Positions 27,265 to 40,982 of a stretch of DNA of 64,000 nt are shown here, piece by piece. Each line of letters opens with the position of its first letter. The stretch's first letter is position 1. Source of the stretch: Lytechinus pictus (taxonomy: Eukaryota); contig NC_087252.1 of NCBI RefSeq assembly GCF_037042905.1, positions 20,648,001 through 20,712,000 of the forward strand, read 5' to 3'. The position numbers were made by a program, and so were the translations under genes. The notes beneath the pieces were generated by a model. The model saw only the letters and a list, made by a program, of their open reading frames with translations, ran no database searches and was not told where the DNA came from.

Positions 27265-30200
27265 CTTTAGTATAGTTAAAGTTAATTAGAAGAGTAAATT
27301 ACACACATTCATTAAATAAAGCAAATTAAGGTTTGTAACTCCTATTAGGTTCTAAAAACGCCCAAAAGCGAGTTTTCACAAGGATACGCAGAACGCTTTT
27401 GAGAACATATGGCCCTTGTCAAATGTCCTTCATGAAAATGAGCAACCAAGAATTCTATATTGAGGCGGAACATGGTGAATGAAACAAAGGACAAAATTTT
27501 GCAATTTTCCGTCAGCTCAAAAGCTTAAAGATAAATTCCAGTTTTGGTAACGATCTCAAAATGACTTTTTACAGAATCTAATATAATGACCACCCAAGTG
27601 TCTGTTTGTATGAATAAAAAAATTGTGCCAAAGGATTCTGAAAGAAATTATGTAATTGCTGAGAAATAAGCAAAATAAGCGCGGATTCGGTCACTTCCGT
27701 CGGGTCTTTATTCCAGCAATAATAATACACTATCCCACGTGTGCCTTTCTGTGTTGGTGATCTTCAGTGTGAACATTTTTCAGCGTAGATTTCAAGATTT
27801 CACAAAGTTCAGTTTATGTAACTGTACCAGATCTAGATCCTCGATGATATACTGACAATTAAGCCTGGTTTTACAGACTTTCTCATGAAATCAGTGTTTA
27901 CTGCAACTACTGGCATTTCTTTTTAAGACGAAGTGCTTTCCCGGTTCAACTATTCTCGACAAATGGACCACCTAGCTGTTCATTGTCATTTGATCGGCAT
28001 TTTCAATACATTTTCTGTGTTCTAGAATACGTTCTGCGGGCTGTGCGAAAACCCGCTACCTACCACAAACTTAAAACGTTTTACCAGGAAGCACAACATA
28101 TGTCAACTGGAGGTTGACCAAAATTACGTCATTGATCTACTGACGTACAGGTGGGGGGGGGGATTGGGGGTCATGTCCCTCAACTCCCCCCCCCCAAAAA
28201 AAAAACAAAAAAAAAAAAAATCTTGGTTGGAGCCTATACGGGCAGGAATATATACACAACAAAAAATAATTACCGAACCAATGGGAGTTTTTAATATATT
28301 TTTACATGAGCGTGTAGGTAATTTTATAAGCTACCTTGTGAGTAAATGTATGGACGTTTTTTACGTCATCCTTCAGTGAACACCGACAGAAGGCAAAAAT
28401 GTAACTTTTCAAAAGTCACAAGCCAAATATCATGACTTTGATTCCATTTTATTGGAACTAATTCCACATTCTCATCATGAAAAATAGTCAGAAGGCTCGT
28501 AAAAGGTACTTTCTAAAAGACGATACAACTTTTTTGGCTAAATTTTACGGTTGAATAAACACAGGTCCAAATTTGCTATAATTGGATTTTTTACACATTT
28601 CTATTAATAAAAATGATAAAATATGATGACAGTTATTTTTGGGAAGAGTTTCTTCAACAATATTCATCGTTTCATGGTTCAATGAACATTTATTGAAAAC
28701 AAAAATACGATTTTCAAATATCATAGGCAAGCATTGTTTCATTTTGGTAACTGAAAATGATCTTTTCACAACTTTTTCGTTATGTTCATGACCAATTAAC
28801 ATGCTTCAATGATTCAAAGGCGTTTAATCAAATATCCACGCTTGAATAAACATGTGGAATGTGATTAGTTCTTTTTTACGTTACTGGAAATAGTGCAATT
28901 TGAAACTATGGATATCTGTCACAAACCTCCTTGCATAGTTCATTTGATTTGATTTTTATGAAAATCCCGATGTTTAATGCATCAGTGAGCACACAATATT
29001 CGAAAATTATGCAAACGAGAAGAAAGTTCAAGGCCTTGGCCCCACTCTGTGCCGTATCGAATGGTTATTTTGGTGCGCGCGCCTTTTGGATAGTATTACT
29101 GTGAAGCCATGTGCGAAGTTTCATGAAATAACTGTTGGCAGAAGTAACAAAAACCTCCATGAAATAAACCCTCATTTCATATTTGTTAAAATTTTGACTT
29201 TGTCTTTCATAGACTTGTGTGCATTATAGGTGCATATGTTTAAGAATAAGTAACCCCTTATTCAATATGGTGGAACTTTTTTTCAAGTCTGTCTTTAGCA
29301 ATGTCATTTGGCAGTCATGTTTATCAACATATGGGCAGAATTACGTGCAAAAATAAAATCGATTTGTTTTATATTTATGGATGAGTGAGCACGCATCAAA
29401 GTGGGAAAATTGGTATTTCAATGTCGCAGACTCATTTAAAATGGTAATAAAGTGAATTTTGGGGGCAAATTCGGTTTCAAATGTGACTGAATTGCTGTTG
29501 TTTTTATCATCCATCATTTCTATCACCACACACTTTCCAAACTTTAAACATTTTCATGGTTGAGCGAGCACATTCGAAAACTTAGGAATGAATACTCTTT
29601 ATACTGCATAGATGTATTGTTTTCCTAACAATTTTCTATGATCAGTTTGATTTATGGACAAATCAGTGGTGGATCCAGAAATTTAAAATGGGGGAAGGGC
29701 CTATAATCGGAGGAGCCACCAACATTTTCAAATTTTAACATTGATCTAACAAGTTGTAGAGGATTATACCATAAACCCCTATGATGATGCATCGCAATAC
29801 ATGGATTGGGGAAGGGTTTTCAAAGTGGAGGGGGTTGACCATGCAACAAATCAATCGTATGGTCATTTTTACATTTTTGTACATGCTTTTTGAAAAAAAG
29901 TTGGGGGGACTGAAGCCCCCCCCCCCCTCCCGCTTCCGCGGCCCCTGCAATACATTGTGCTCACTCAACCATGAATATACGATATCAAAATTGTGTGTGG
30001 AGTGGCTTAATGATGGATAGTAAAATTACTCATGCATGACTCAACCGATCAATCTGATTTTTTCCCCAGGAATTGCTTAATGAGTGTAGAAAACCACCTA
30101 CGAAATATAATTTCTCAAAATAATTCCGTTCGAAAGTTACAGGAATTTGATTTAGGGGTGACTTACTTTTTTGTTGTGTATAGTTTACCATTTACTCTCT

Positions 30201-30730
30201 TTTGGGGGAAACTGATGCGAAACCTTGACAAAAATATACAGTCCACGACTCGGTGCAGTGTTTGAAACGAATTATCTTTAGTACGAAAACAATGAGGGAC
30301 AAACAAGATCGATGGTAGGATTGTGATATGTGCGAAAGTTTAAAACAGCAACGAACCAGCATCCTTACTATCGCCACGTCAAGTCTTCAACTACTTTTAC
30401 CTGGCTAGCATAATCATGATAATGAAGCATTCTGAGCGGTGTAATCGCGTAATGCAGTATTCACCTAAATGATAACATACTACTCAAAACATTCACACCA
30501 CACTAATCGTATTACCGAGTAGCAAAACAATTACTTTCATTTAAAAAACATTATAGTTTCTCTAAAATTGTATGCGAATTGATTCTCTGTATTATTTGTT
30601 AATCTAAAAATGATTATATATTTCCAAGACTAGTTATGTATAACACATAGTCAATGAGAGACCAAACAAAAAGAGCGTAAGTATACGCACCCCAAAGGGA
30701 AGTACAAAAATAAGTGTATGTACTACTTAC

Positions 30731-30841
30731 CACGTTTTGTTTCACTATCACCCTTGCGTTGCTCATTTGTAATTGTCACGGAAGCTTGGTGTGTTGTAAT
30801 TGGTGCCATTAATTCGCTCTGTTCTTTGGTTATGAAAATAT
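30731..30841 (-). CDS. Exon 10: linker (DIFITKEQSELMAPITTHQASVTITNEQRKGDSETKR)
   Basis: ttttcacag acceptor, G|gtaagt donor; 111 nt, phase 1-1, open. Confidence 0.82.
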
Positions 30842-32189
30842 CTGTGAAAACACGATAAACTTATTCAAATACCTCATCTATTTCAAGGGAAGCACTGCCA
30901 GTGCCTTTGAAACCCAAAGAACCAATAAATTATTTTAACGTTTCTTAATGATCATTGTTTGAGTCGTTTGAGTCAGGGGAACGCGTGCACGTGGTTGGGT
31001 GAGGGTGTGCGCGCATGTGTAGTGATTCTTCTTGGGGGAAAAATAACAATTCATTTAACGTCAATCACCCAGGTCATTGTCTTACATAGGGAATGTTCCG
31101 GAAATAATTTCTTTCACACCGTCAAGGAAAAGAGATAATGGAGATTTCAAACATCATAACCCTCTATCAAAACAACTGTAACCTTGCAAGTGGGCGAAGA
31201 CACTGCTCTGGCTAGTAGGAGATAGGAGGCGTCCTGTATAAAAAGAATGTTCAAACTATTACCCTCAATCGTGGTCATAAGACCTTATACATATAAGGTC
31301 ATAATTCTCAAAGCGGCCTCCCCCAGAGGAGGAATACGCATAAACAAGATAAACAGAGTTGTCAGAGATCATAGATGCGCCAGCGGCAGATCACCAACGC
31401 ATATGCAAGACAATGGCTTCAGAATAGCTCAGATGGCGGCGAGTTGACGTCAATGCATAAGCTCTATTTACACCTTCAACACGTGATACCGCAAAAGGAG
31501 GGACGGCGTAAGAATATCAATGCAGAGGGGAAAAGGCAAGCCACCCTAAGGTGAAGTCATTTTCTTACTTGAAGAAAAGGCCAAAGGGGAGTACATTGTT
31601 ACACAAGAATGTCTGAATCTCTGTTTTATTATTTCTTCCATTTTTTTTGCTTCTTTATTTCTTTAACTATTTGAGAATCACAGGGGTAGTAGGTAGCCCT
31701 GACATAGCGCTGCCCTTGAGAGCAATGAAAGTGAGGCCATACATGATCCGAGCTTGAAAAAAAACATCCTAAGCTTTAAAATGATATAGCAGTTGTCATT
31801 TTATCAAATGATATATAAAACCAAACTATATTTGATTGAATGTCGACGAATGCACTGAGAGCTCCTAGGAATAAAGAGAAAACAAGGTTCGCGGTTCGCG
31901 GTTCGCGGGTTCATTCATGCGTGAGATGAGCACACTGTACAATCTTTACAATCTCAGCGAAACGTCCAAACAGTCAGGGGAAAATGGTGTCTTGGGAAAC
32001 CCTTCCATCTCAATTTTATTGAACTTAACAACTTCCCTTTTTACCGAATGAAGAACAAACTCTTTCAGATTATCTAATCTTCTCGGGTTTTTTTTTTTCT
32101 TTTCAAGGCCGAATTGCTTCTTAGGTTATTTAAAAAGAACCTTTCCCTGGCAACTTATGGTCGGTTTGTGGATGGCGGGTCAACTGTAC

Positions 32190-32456
32190 CTGCAATGTCT
32201 TGACGACTACATCGTCCTGCTGCTTGCCTCAGTCTACACCTGACTTCGTAATTACTACCTTTTTGCTCCTGTACCCATCCTTCAAGCATAACGCCTGTTT
32301 CGAACACCGCTTTGAGGTCTTCAGCATTTCTTTTGGCAATGGAGTCTGCTGAAATTCTCGTGGCTTTTGCCAAATTCTGGTAGTGTTGTTTGGTGATACT
32401 CAGAGCAAGCTCCTTGATGACCTCATTGTCCAATTCCCTCTTGTACTCATCTTTAA
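32190..32456 (-). CDS. Exon 9: death-domain-like module (LDNEVIKELALSI...YQNLAKATRIS...MLEGWVQEQKG...RLRQAAGRCSRQDIA)
   Basis: gcacag acceptor, G|gtacag donor; classic death-domain residue pattern; splicing completes helix 6 as RQDIADIF. Confidence 0.85.
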
Positions 32457-32822
32457 CTGTGCATTTGAATAGAAAAATGCACATGAATCTGTTATAGTTT
32501 AATATTACAAGAACTGGCCATTATATAACAGTACATAATAATTAAGTTGATCATTTGCCCGAATACATTCCTATCTTTTCACTTCGGTGATAAAGACAGT
32601 TTTAAATACTACCTTTCAAGGGATTTCTAAATGGTTGAATGTTTGAAAATTATAGTTTCCAAGTAATTCAAATGCATCCAAAATCACTGCAGTGTAATTT
32701 TGGTTTTGCTATTCTTTTAAGATTCCAACAATGAATCCATTTTATAGCGCCAATGCCGATACCCATTTAACAACAACCCCCCCCCCCCCTTACAACAGCG
32801 GCTGGTGTAAAATTAAACATAC

Positions 32823-33061
32823 TTTGGAAGAAAGTTTTGGCCAGAAGAATATAGACTTCCTTATCAGGTCCATGTGCGTCCTTTCCTGTTCTTTCTAACG
32901 CTAGGCAAAGTTGAATCATTTGGTTTGGTGATGATCTTTCTACTCCCAGTTCTACCACCTCAGGTTGTGCAGGGAACATTGGATGTTGCTCATTCTTTTC
33001 ATCACCATGCCGATATTTAGGTTGTTTATGACAGCAGAAAATCCATCTGGAAGTTGGTTGT
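32823..33061 (-). CDS. Exon 8: RQPTSRW...PEVVELGVERSSPNQMIQLCLALE...LLAKTFFQ
   Basis: cttaccag acceptor (phase 2), A|gtatgt donor (phase 1); open frame. Confidence 0.75.
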
Positions 33062-33254
33062 CTGGTAAGTATAATCAAAATTATTAAATGAATAGTAAAG
33101 ACATCTCTAATCAAAAGTCATAATGGCTGCATGGTTTCGCAATTTATATGTATACAAGTGTATATTTTGTTGGAAATTTTGCTTTGAACACTATCGTGCG
33201 AGAGATAATATATGACACACGTACAAACTTTAACCATGCAATTACAGTTCTTAC

Positions 33255-33546
33255 CTCATCTGTACACTTTCACCTTTTTTGTGATCCTCCTTGGGTTCCT
33301 GGTATCCAGGTTTCGTTGTCATTGAATATTCCTTCCATGCCTTCATTAACTGCAGGTCCTTCTTGATTTCGGCGTTTCTTGGTTTACCAGGATCACAGGA
33401 ATCCTCTTCGCAGTTTGGGATTCCTTCATGGCGAGGGTACAATGCTCGCAGTATGGGCTTGACTGTCTCCCTGCAACCGCGGACGTGCCAGCAAATGTGT
33501 TCGAGATCAACAAGAGAGATTTCATTGGACGTACGATCATGGACAT
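33255..33546 (-). CDS. Exon 7: helical module (NEISLVDLEHICWHVRGCRE...LQLMKAWKEY)
   Basis: tttcag acceptor, AG|gtaag donor (phase 2) matching the phase of the next acceptor. Confidence 0.8.
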
Positions 33547-33753
33547 CTGAAATGAAAGCGCAGCAATTGTAGCACCAGAAATTATGATCAAGGAGTTTGA
33601 GAGGCCGAACCATTGTGTAACGTACGATGGTTCTGCCTTCCTTAGTTATATCTGACCAGAATGTTTCGGTGCCACAACACCACCTTAAAAAGCAGTGCAT
33701 ATGTTCGACTTTATAATGAAATCATCTTTCTGCTGGCTTTTATATACATACTA

Positions 33754-35308
33754 CAGTGCGTATCAAAAAAAAATTTACACTTTGAAAAAGCCCTGGGAAT
33801 TAAAAAAATATATATTATGTTGGTATTTTTTCACATATATTCCAATGAAAGTAAAAAATTTTGACAGAAAGTTACACTTGAATGAGCACTGTCCAGTTTT
33901 GTAAAGCTCGCAGAAATCTGTTTGCACAGAAATGTTCGTTTTCACGCTGTGTCAAGGGGAAAGGCGAAATCAAACTTACCCTGCGAAACATTTATCAGAC
34001 ATTTTCCTTGCACTTTGAGTCAACTGAAGTAAAAACGGATACATGCAAGCATTTTGTAGCAATTTTTCCATCTAAATTAAAATTTTAACAATTAGTAAGC
34101 ACAACCTTTACCCTTTTTGTGCCAGCTGGATCTGAGGACATAACTAAATCTAAACAAAAGCTTATATCAGACATCTCCAACATTTTTCACTTTGTTTTTA
34201 TCATTTAAAGTAGGTTTGCATTTCATTTTTTATTTAATACTTGTTTCTACACACTTTTCCAAGCTTGACAATGATTAACAAAATGAAAATCAAGCCTAAG
34301 CCATTTCATGAAAATCACAGCTCAGTGTAAAGCAAATATCGTCACGATGGCCTCGGTGTGTGGGGGATAGGGGTGGGGCGCAATGTACTCTTCAAAGTGT
34401 TTTGGGCAAGGAAACAAGTTAAAAAAGGTAAAAGATATATTCAAATAAACTTTACTAGCTAAATTCCATGTGTTTTTCATGATTAAGGTCTACTTTTATT
34501 CGCATAACTATTTCAAAGTTCTGCGCAAATCATTTTTCACTAACGTTTCAAAAGTAATTGGTGCTCACTCAAGCGGAAATATTTTTCGACAGTTATATCG
34601 TCATTTGCTTAAAGGAGAATGAAACTCTTGGAGCAAGTTAGCTTTTGTGAGAGCAGAAAAATCACAGAATAAGATCAACAAAAGTTTGAGTAAAATAGAC
34701 CTAGCAATAGAAGAGTTGTGAGCATTTGAATGTCGAGATCACTAATGCTATGGAGATCCTCCCATTGGCAATGCGACCAAGATCTATGATGTCACAGATG
34801 AACAACTCTCCCCTTTTGGACACTGAAAATATACCCCAAAACATCTCTTTTTGCTCATTCTAATCATATGACAAACAATTCATCAATGATATAATGTTGT
34901 GAAACCTCTGTACTTGTCCTCTCATAAAGAGAACACCTCATCTTGTGATAGACTCTATAAAAGTGAGAATATAAGTGAAATAAGTACTAAAGTAATGAGG
35001 GAGTTGTACGTGTGTGACATCACAGATCTTGGTCGCATTGCCAATGGGAGGATCTACATGGCATTAGTGATCTCAATATTCAAATGCTCATAACTTTCTT
35101 ATTATTCATTCAATCTTCCTCAAACTTTCAACAATATGTTTCTTTGATTTTTCTCTTTGATATGGATTCAGCTGGTTTCAAGGGTTCCATTCTCCTTTAA
35201 ATGGATCTGTACCAACGTTAAAATGTCAAAAAATATCTTCAGGATATTACAAATGTATAATTTTACAGGACTTTTTCTAAGTGTAAACTTTTTTTTTGAT
35301 ACGCACTG
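33754..35308. mobile_element. Tc1/mariner-like non-autonomous element
   Basis: TIR cagtgcgtatcaaaaaaaa; TA TSD. Confidence 0.85.
34613..35196. mobile_element. Kolobok-like MITE nested in the Tc1-like element
   Basis: TTAA TSD; aggagaatg..cattctcct termini; internal inverted repeats. Confidence 0.85.
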
Positions 35309-37713
35309 TATAATTGGCGTACCGTGGTTCGCGGCATTGGGGGCACCACCAAAAAATTGTAGTCACTTAGTGGGCGCGCGAAGTGCGCTCAATAGCCTTG
35401 TATACCGACCTAATACTAGAGACATTTAAAGGACTGCCACTAAAATGATATGTATATCACTGATCAAATGACGTGAGCTGAACATTTTTATATTCAGACC
35501 TAAAAGGGATATTACAAGCATACTTTTGTAATTGTGATATTTATCTGTCAAACTAAACAATGCGAGTGGGAAGGGCGAGCTGAAGTTTTTGTATACATTG
35601 GCCCCAACAAGGCCAGCCCGAAAAAAAGGTTGATTTAAATAAATGGAGAAAAATAAAACTAGCATAACGCTGAAAAAAATCATCAAAATTGGATGTAAAC
35701 TAAGAAGGTTAAGACATTTTACAATTTCGCTTAGTTTTTCACAAAACAGTGATATTCACAACTCAGTGACATGCAAATGAGACAGACGATGATGTTTTCC
35801 TCACTCATTATTTCTTTTGTTTTTTATTGCTTAAAAAATAATAAACTAGGCCTATTTCAATTTTTACAGATTGACAGCACCATCAAATGTTAAACAATGG
35901 TAATTCTACATGTTCAGGAAGGAATAAAACTTTGTTTCACAGGACAACGAGGGGAAAATTTGAATATTTCATAGTTTATCAAAATACAAAATAAATAGTG
36001 AGTGGATGACGTCATTAGTCTGCTCATTTACATACTAATCAGGATGTGCATATCACTGTTTTGTGAAATTAAGTGAAACTTTAAAATGCAATCACTTTCT
36101 TACTTTACATTCTATTTCGATGAAATTTTCAGTGTTTTGCTTCTTGGATTTTTCTCTTTTCATTCAACTTAACTTAATGTTGGGGTAGTTTGTCCATTAA
36201 GGACTATTTTGTAGAAATATGCAGCACATCTCACCATAGTCATCTATAATGTGAGGGCCAAGTGTGTGCTATTTTTTATATTTTTTTTATTACACAGAAA
36301 CACATGTAGCACTTTTTGTAGTCATTGAGGGATCACGTGCTCCCCCCCCCCCCCACATGTAGTTACGCCACTGCATATATACAAGTTGACAAACACAAGC
36401 AAATTTAAGCAATGAAGATGGGGAAAATAGTTTTTTGGCTGCTAAATACGGTCTGACCCAAATGTAATATAATTTCAGATCGTTAATGGTAGTGTGCAGT
36501 GCGCCGGATTGCCATTCAGCGGGGTAAAAATCATGGTCCTGGGAAGCTAGCGTGCTGATTAGCATCCTTATAAGTACTTGTGATATTCACCATAGACAGT
36601 ACCCCCTGGAAATCAGGTATGTATGGTCGCAGAAATCGCAGAAATTTAATTGAAATCACCTTCATTTGTGTTCTTGTTTATTTGTTGGGGGTTTTTTCAT
36701 GTTTTTCTCATGAAATGTTTCCTTGACAAACATTATCTTCATTTTGTAACGAAGCCTCTTTCGTTTGTGCTTGTCAAATTTAAACCAGCACCCCCTCTTA
36801 AGAAATCGTCCCCAGGGTCCTTATTCTAATGAAAAGGGACGATGATCAATTCAGATTATTAGTACCAAATATTTTACAAGGCTAAAGGACAAGTCCACAC
36901 CAACAAACTTGATTTGAATAGAAACAGAAAAATCCAACAAACATAACACTGAAAATTTCATCAAAATCGGATTTAAAATAAGAAAGTTATGACATTTTGA
37001 AGTTTCACTTAATTTCACAAAACAGTTATATGCACATCGTGGTCGGTATGCAAATGAGGAGACTGATGACATCATCCACTCACTATTTTTTTTTGTATTT
37101 TATTATATGAAATATGATTTTCTTTTATTTTTATATTCAATTTCTCTCCTCATTGTCAAGTGAAACAGTGATAAATTCTTCCCTATACATGTGGAATTAG
37201 CATTGTTTAATACTATATGGTTCAGTCAAGTTGGTCCCTATGGTCGAATCTGTAAAAATGAAATATTGTATAATTCAAACAATAAAAAACAAAGGAAATA
37301 GTGAGTGATGGACATCGTCGACTGACTCACTTGCATGTCACTGAGTTGTGCATATCACTGATATGTTAAAAAATAAGAAAAACTTTCAAATGCCATAACT
37401 TTCTTATTTTACATCTGATTTTGATGAAATTTTCAGATTTGTGCTAGTTTGATTTTTCTCTATTTATTAAAATCAACATTTTGCTGGGGTGGACTTGACC
37501 TTTGATTAAACCAACCTTGAACCTTTAACCATTTTGCCTAAATAGCTCCCCCTCCCCCATAGCCCAAGATTTTGAACTTTGTTTAGGTCTTTGATCAATT
37601 AAAAGGAACAGGCCTATAGCTTAGGAAAATAACACTTGACATATTTACAAACAAATGAAATTCCGCAGAGCACATTATCAAATTGATTACAACATTATCA
37701 TGACTATATCTAC

Positions 37714-37953
37714 CCTGTATGATTAATTCAACGTTCGGCCCAACTTCTTCTATGGCTCTGAAGAGAATACTGTAATCTCCTGTTGTTGTCTCTTTCCATC
37801 TGCAGAGTTCATGGTATAAATCAACTTGGGAGCGTACGACATCGAATCCCGAGTCTGTGTCAGGTTTACCCATCAAACTGTTTACAATCTTCTCCGTGAC
37901 GAGGAGGTCACATTTTCCGACAAGCTCCCAAAGCTCCAAATACGAAACAGGGC
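37714..37953 (-). CDS. Exon 6: divergent death-fold-like module (GPVSYLELWELV...LYHELCRWKETTTGDYSILFRAIEEVG)
   Basis: tttcag acceptor, G|gtag donor; 240 nt, phase 1-1; L..W....G....L..AI pattern resembling death-domain helices 4-5. Confidence 0.8.
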
Positions 37954-38031
37954 CTGAAATGAAATTGCAAGATCCTTTTTCATTGTCCCTACTCTAGTAA
38001 AACCGTTTCATTTTAATCTTTGACTAAAAAA

Positions 38032-38608
38032 CCCGGGGGGGGGGCACTTACATTGACGATTGGATGCCATGCGCGACCAAAAAACACGTAAAAAGGATGT
38101 CTTTTTCAAGATAGGGCACGTTACGTACGTAACGTAATAAGGGTGTCAAAAACGCTAAAATAATGAAAAAAGGGTATCTTTTTTCGCTAGAAAAGGTACG
38201 TGTTTAGGGTCAAATTTGCGAGGGTATAAAAAAGAAATGAAGACTAAAATGTTTTATAAAGGATGTACTTTTTGCCACAAGAGTCAACACTACGTGTTTA
38301 GAGTAGGCCTACGATTTACGCGAGGTGTGGGAGGTTGGGCTGTACTTAAGCCTATGATGTAGGTAAAGGGAACCGACGACCGACGTTCGTGACATAAACA
38401 TAGCTGTACTTGTTTAGGGGTTCAATTCAGGGAATACTTGCCGAAAGTATCGTTGTGTTTCCAATACTTGTTAAGGGTAGGGTTTCACACGCCAATACTT
38501 GTTAAGGGGTGCATTTTCAGAATATGGAAAATACGTGTTTAGGGTGCTTTTCGAGACCCCATGGTCGCGCGTGGTATCCACTCGTCAATGGAAGTGCCCC
38601 CCCCCCCG
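38032..38608. mobile_element. MITE with cccg(g)n-cactt termini
   Basis: TIR of about 45 bp: cacttacattgacgattggatgccatgcgcgacca and its inverse. Confidence 0.8.
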
Positions 38609-39018
38609 TATTGTCCCTTATCTAGTAAAACCGTTTCGTTTTAATCTTTGACTCAAAAACCAAAAATAATCTCGCCTATGAAAAATTAATGTCACCACTA
38701 ATGCTACCATGGATTCATGGTATTTGTATGGGAATTATAAAATGCAACAGCATGCTCAATCAAAATCATGAAATTATTATTTCACTGAAATGGTTGTCTG
38801 CTAAAACATGTGCAAGATTCATTAACTATAGTAGGTCACAAATAAGAAATATGATGGGTACTGGGTAGTAAAATTCCCGGGTAAAATATATAATTCAATA
38901 ATTTCATTCCGTATATATTAAGAGTATATCCATGGTGGTAAACTGGACGTCCATGATTTATTATAATTGACATAAATCATGAGAAAAGCTAGAAAGTAAA
39001 ACGGATATAATAAATTAC

Positions 39019-39096
39019 CTTTAATGAATTTCTCATCTCCAATCAACAGTTCATAACTCTTCTTTATTCTTCTCCTCCAAATGAAGAAGATGATTA
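39019..39096 (-). CDS. Exon 5: end of transmembrane helix and basic stop-transfer segment (IIIFFIWRRRIKKSYELLIGDEKFIK)
   Basis: cgaag acceptor, G|gtaat donor; positive-inside RRRIKK follows the hydrophobic run. Confidence 0.85.
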
Positions 39097-39542
39097 CTTC
39101 GAGATAAAAACACAAATGAGTACTTATGCTATTATTTCGTATGATATGGACACGACATTGTAAAAGGATAAATGAATATTTTTAAAGTTTTAAACGTCTC
39201 AGTTTCACATACAGTAATAACAAAGCAAATCCGAAAGTTAATGCTTTTAAAGTTTTCATTTATTTAAACTGCTATTATTATACAATAGTAAGCTTTGTCA
39301 TGTGCTAAATGATATAACACAAGTTGATGTGTTTTAAAACAATCCACTTTCCGTTTTACCCCACATGAAAGTGGCGACATCACAGATCGCCATCAAATGT
39401 TAAAGTGTGCGCGTCGACGTACATCATGTTTTCTTTTACTTCTTTAGAAAAAGGAATCTCCATGAATTATATACTCGTTGTGACACTATTCTGAAAAACT
39501 TTTGGATCTGGAATGCCCATTAGGCAAGTTATTTTAACTTAC

Positions 39543-39596
39543 TGGAGATGGTGAGTATGGTGATGAGTAAGGTGATGACGATAATAGCGATGACAC
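39543..39596 (-). CDS. Exon 4: transmembrane helix, first part (GVIAIIVITLLITILTIS)
   Basis: ttgcag acceptor, A|gtaag donor; 54 nt; uncharged, mostly aliphatic residues. Confidence 0.88.
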
Positions 39597-40120
39597 CTGC
39601 AATTAAAAAATAATAATTTTAATGATTACTTGGCATGTTAGAAACTGAAGGAAATCAACTGAAACAAATAAAACTGTATGATCACTAGATATCATGACCG
39701 TGTTCCTTTATCCCCGACGTTTTAAGTCAAGGGATTCGTCCAGGCATTTTTATTTACGTCAGAAACATATCATAATAACGGAATAAGAAAGACCGGTGCT
39801 ACGGAAATGTATATGGTTATTGTGCCCTCTTGTAATATTTATTTCTTCTTTCTTTATAAGAATGACAATTGGTTTCCAAAATTCGTTGACGAATTGACAA
39901 AATACCAATCGTTTGTTAATCATTTTTCCGATAGAAGTCAACATCATGGAGAACATGACATAATCGTGTCACTTGATAAAAAAAATTAGGCTGCATATTC
40001 AGTTTCCTTAAACTGACCTACAACAAAATCAATAGTCATATTAATATTTCGCATCAAAAGTTTCATGCATATATACCAATTTTTAGCATAAAGAGAAACG
40101 AAGGGCCATTCATACCATAC

Positions 40121-40549
40121 CTTTCCCTAAAGATCTACTACCGGGATCTCCAGTGAACAAATCTGTTGCATTTGTAGTTACTACAAATTCGGTGGTTGTT
40201 ATGATTGGTGCTGATTTCACTATGACGCTGATAGTCGCATTTCCCCGGGTAGTCATCGGCAGAATGGCAGTACAGACGTACGGAGCAGCGCTTGGCATTG
40301 CGGCAATTGTAACCGTCAGATCTTCTGTCTCGTCGTCAGGGTTGGCAGATCTTTGCGGTTCTTGGTTGGAGATATTTCTGCCTCTGAGGGTCCAGGATAG
40401 CGAGATCACGTCTCTTGGCGCACCGCGAGCACGACATGTCAGATCAGTCGTGTCGCCTATCTCGGTTGTCAATGTACACGGGTTTTCTCCGCTTCCGGGT
40501 GATCCTGATGGGCATTGGTCAATTGCTGGGAAGGGTTCCAGGGGTGGAA
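40121..40549 (-). CDS. Exon 3: second Ig domain (C2/I-like) plus Thr-rich stalk
   Basis: atcacag acceptor, G|gtatg donor; 429 nt, phase 1-1; LTC..W..YVC Ig core, extra Cys pair (IDQC..PCTL), N-glycosylation sequons NIS and NAT. Confidence 0.9.
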
Positions 40550-40982
40550 CTGTGATAAACGGGACAAGATTGCATACAATGGAACATTTAGATTTAGATT
40601 CATATTTCTCTGTCTGACGAAAGCCATCAAAGTCAACGTCCTTGTATACCTAGCGTGTCTGGTATTGTTTTCTGTGGTATATTGGTTTGGGGGATGGGGA
40701 GGCCTGAATCTAATTGATTTAACATGGGGAATGATGGAATAATCACTTAAAAATATGCGTGTCTTTTTAATTCCATTACATTCCGCTCTTGTAGCCAATA
40801 AAACGCTTTTCTTTGCCATATACTTTGCACAATGATAAAACTCCAGCCACTGTGTTTATCTAAATTTATTGTGAACCTTTTTAGGTAAAATTGTAAGACA
40901 TATTTAATTTGCTTGGGAGGTTGGTCTATGTTATTATGAGGTACTAATTAACGACGTCGGCATGTCAAGGAATAGGTCTTAC

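Noticed and set aside
32155..32189. Gene ending at the TAA after exon 9 (..GTVDPPSTNRP*)
   Set aside because: Splicing at 32190 completes the death-domain helix and continues in phase; intronic termination is not excluded but has no support
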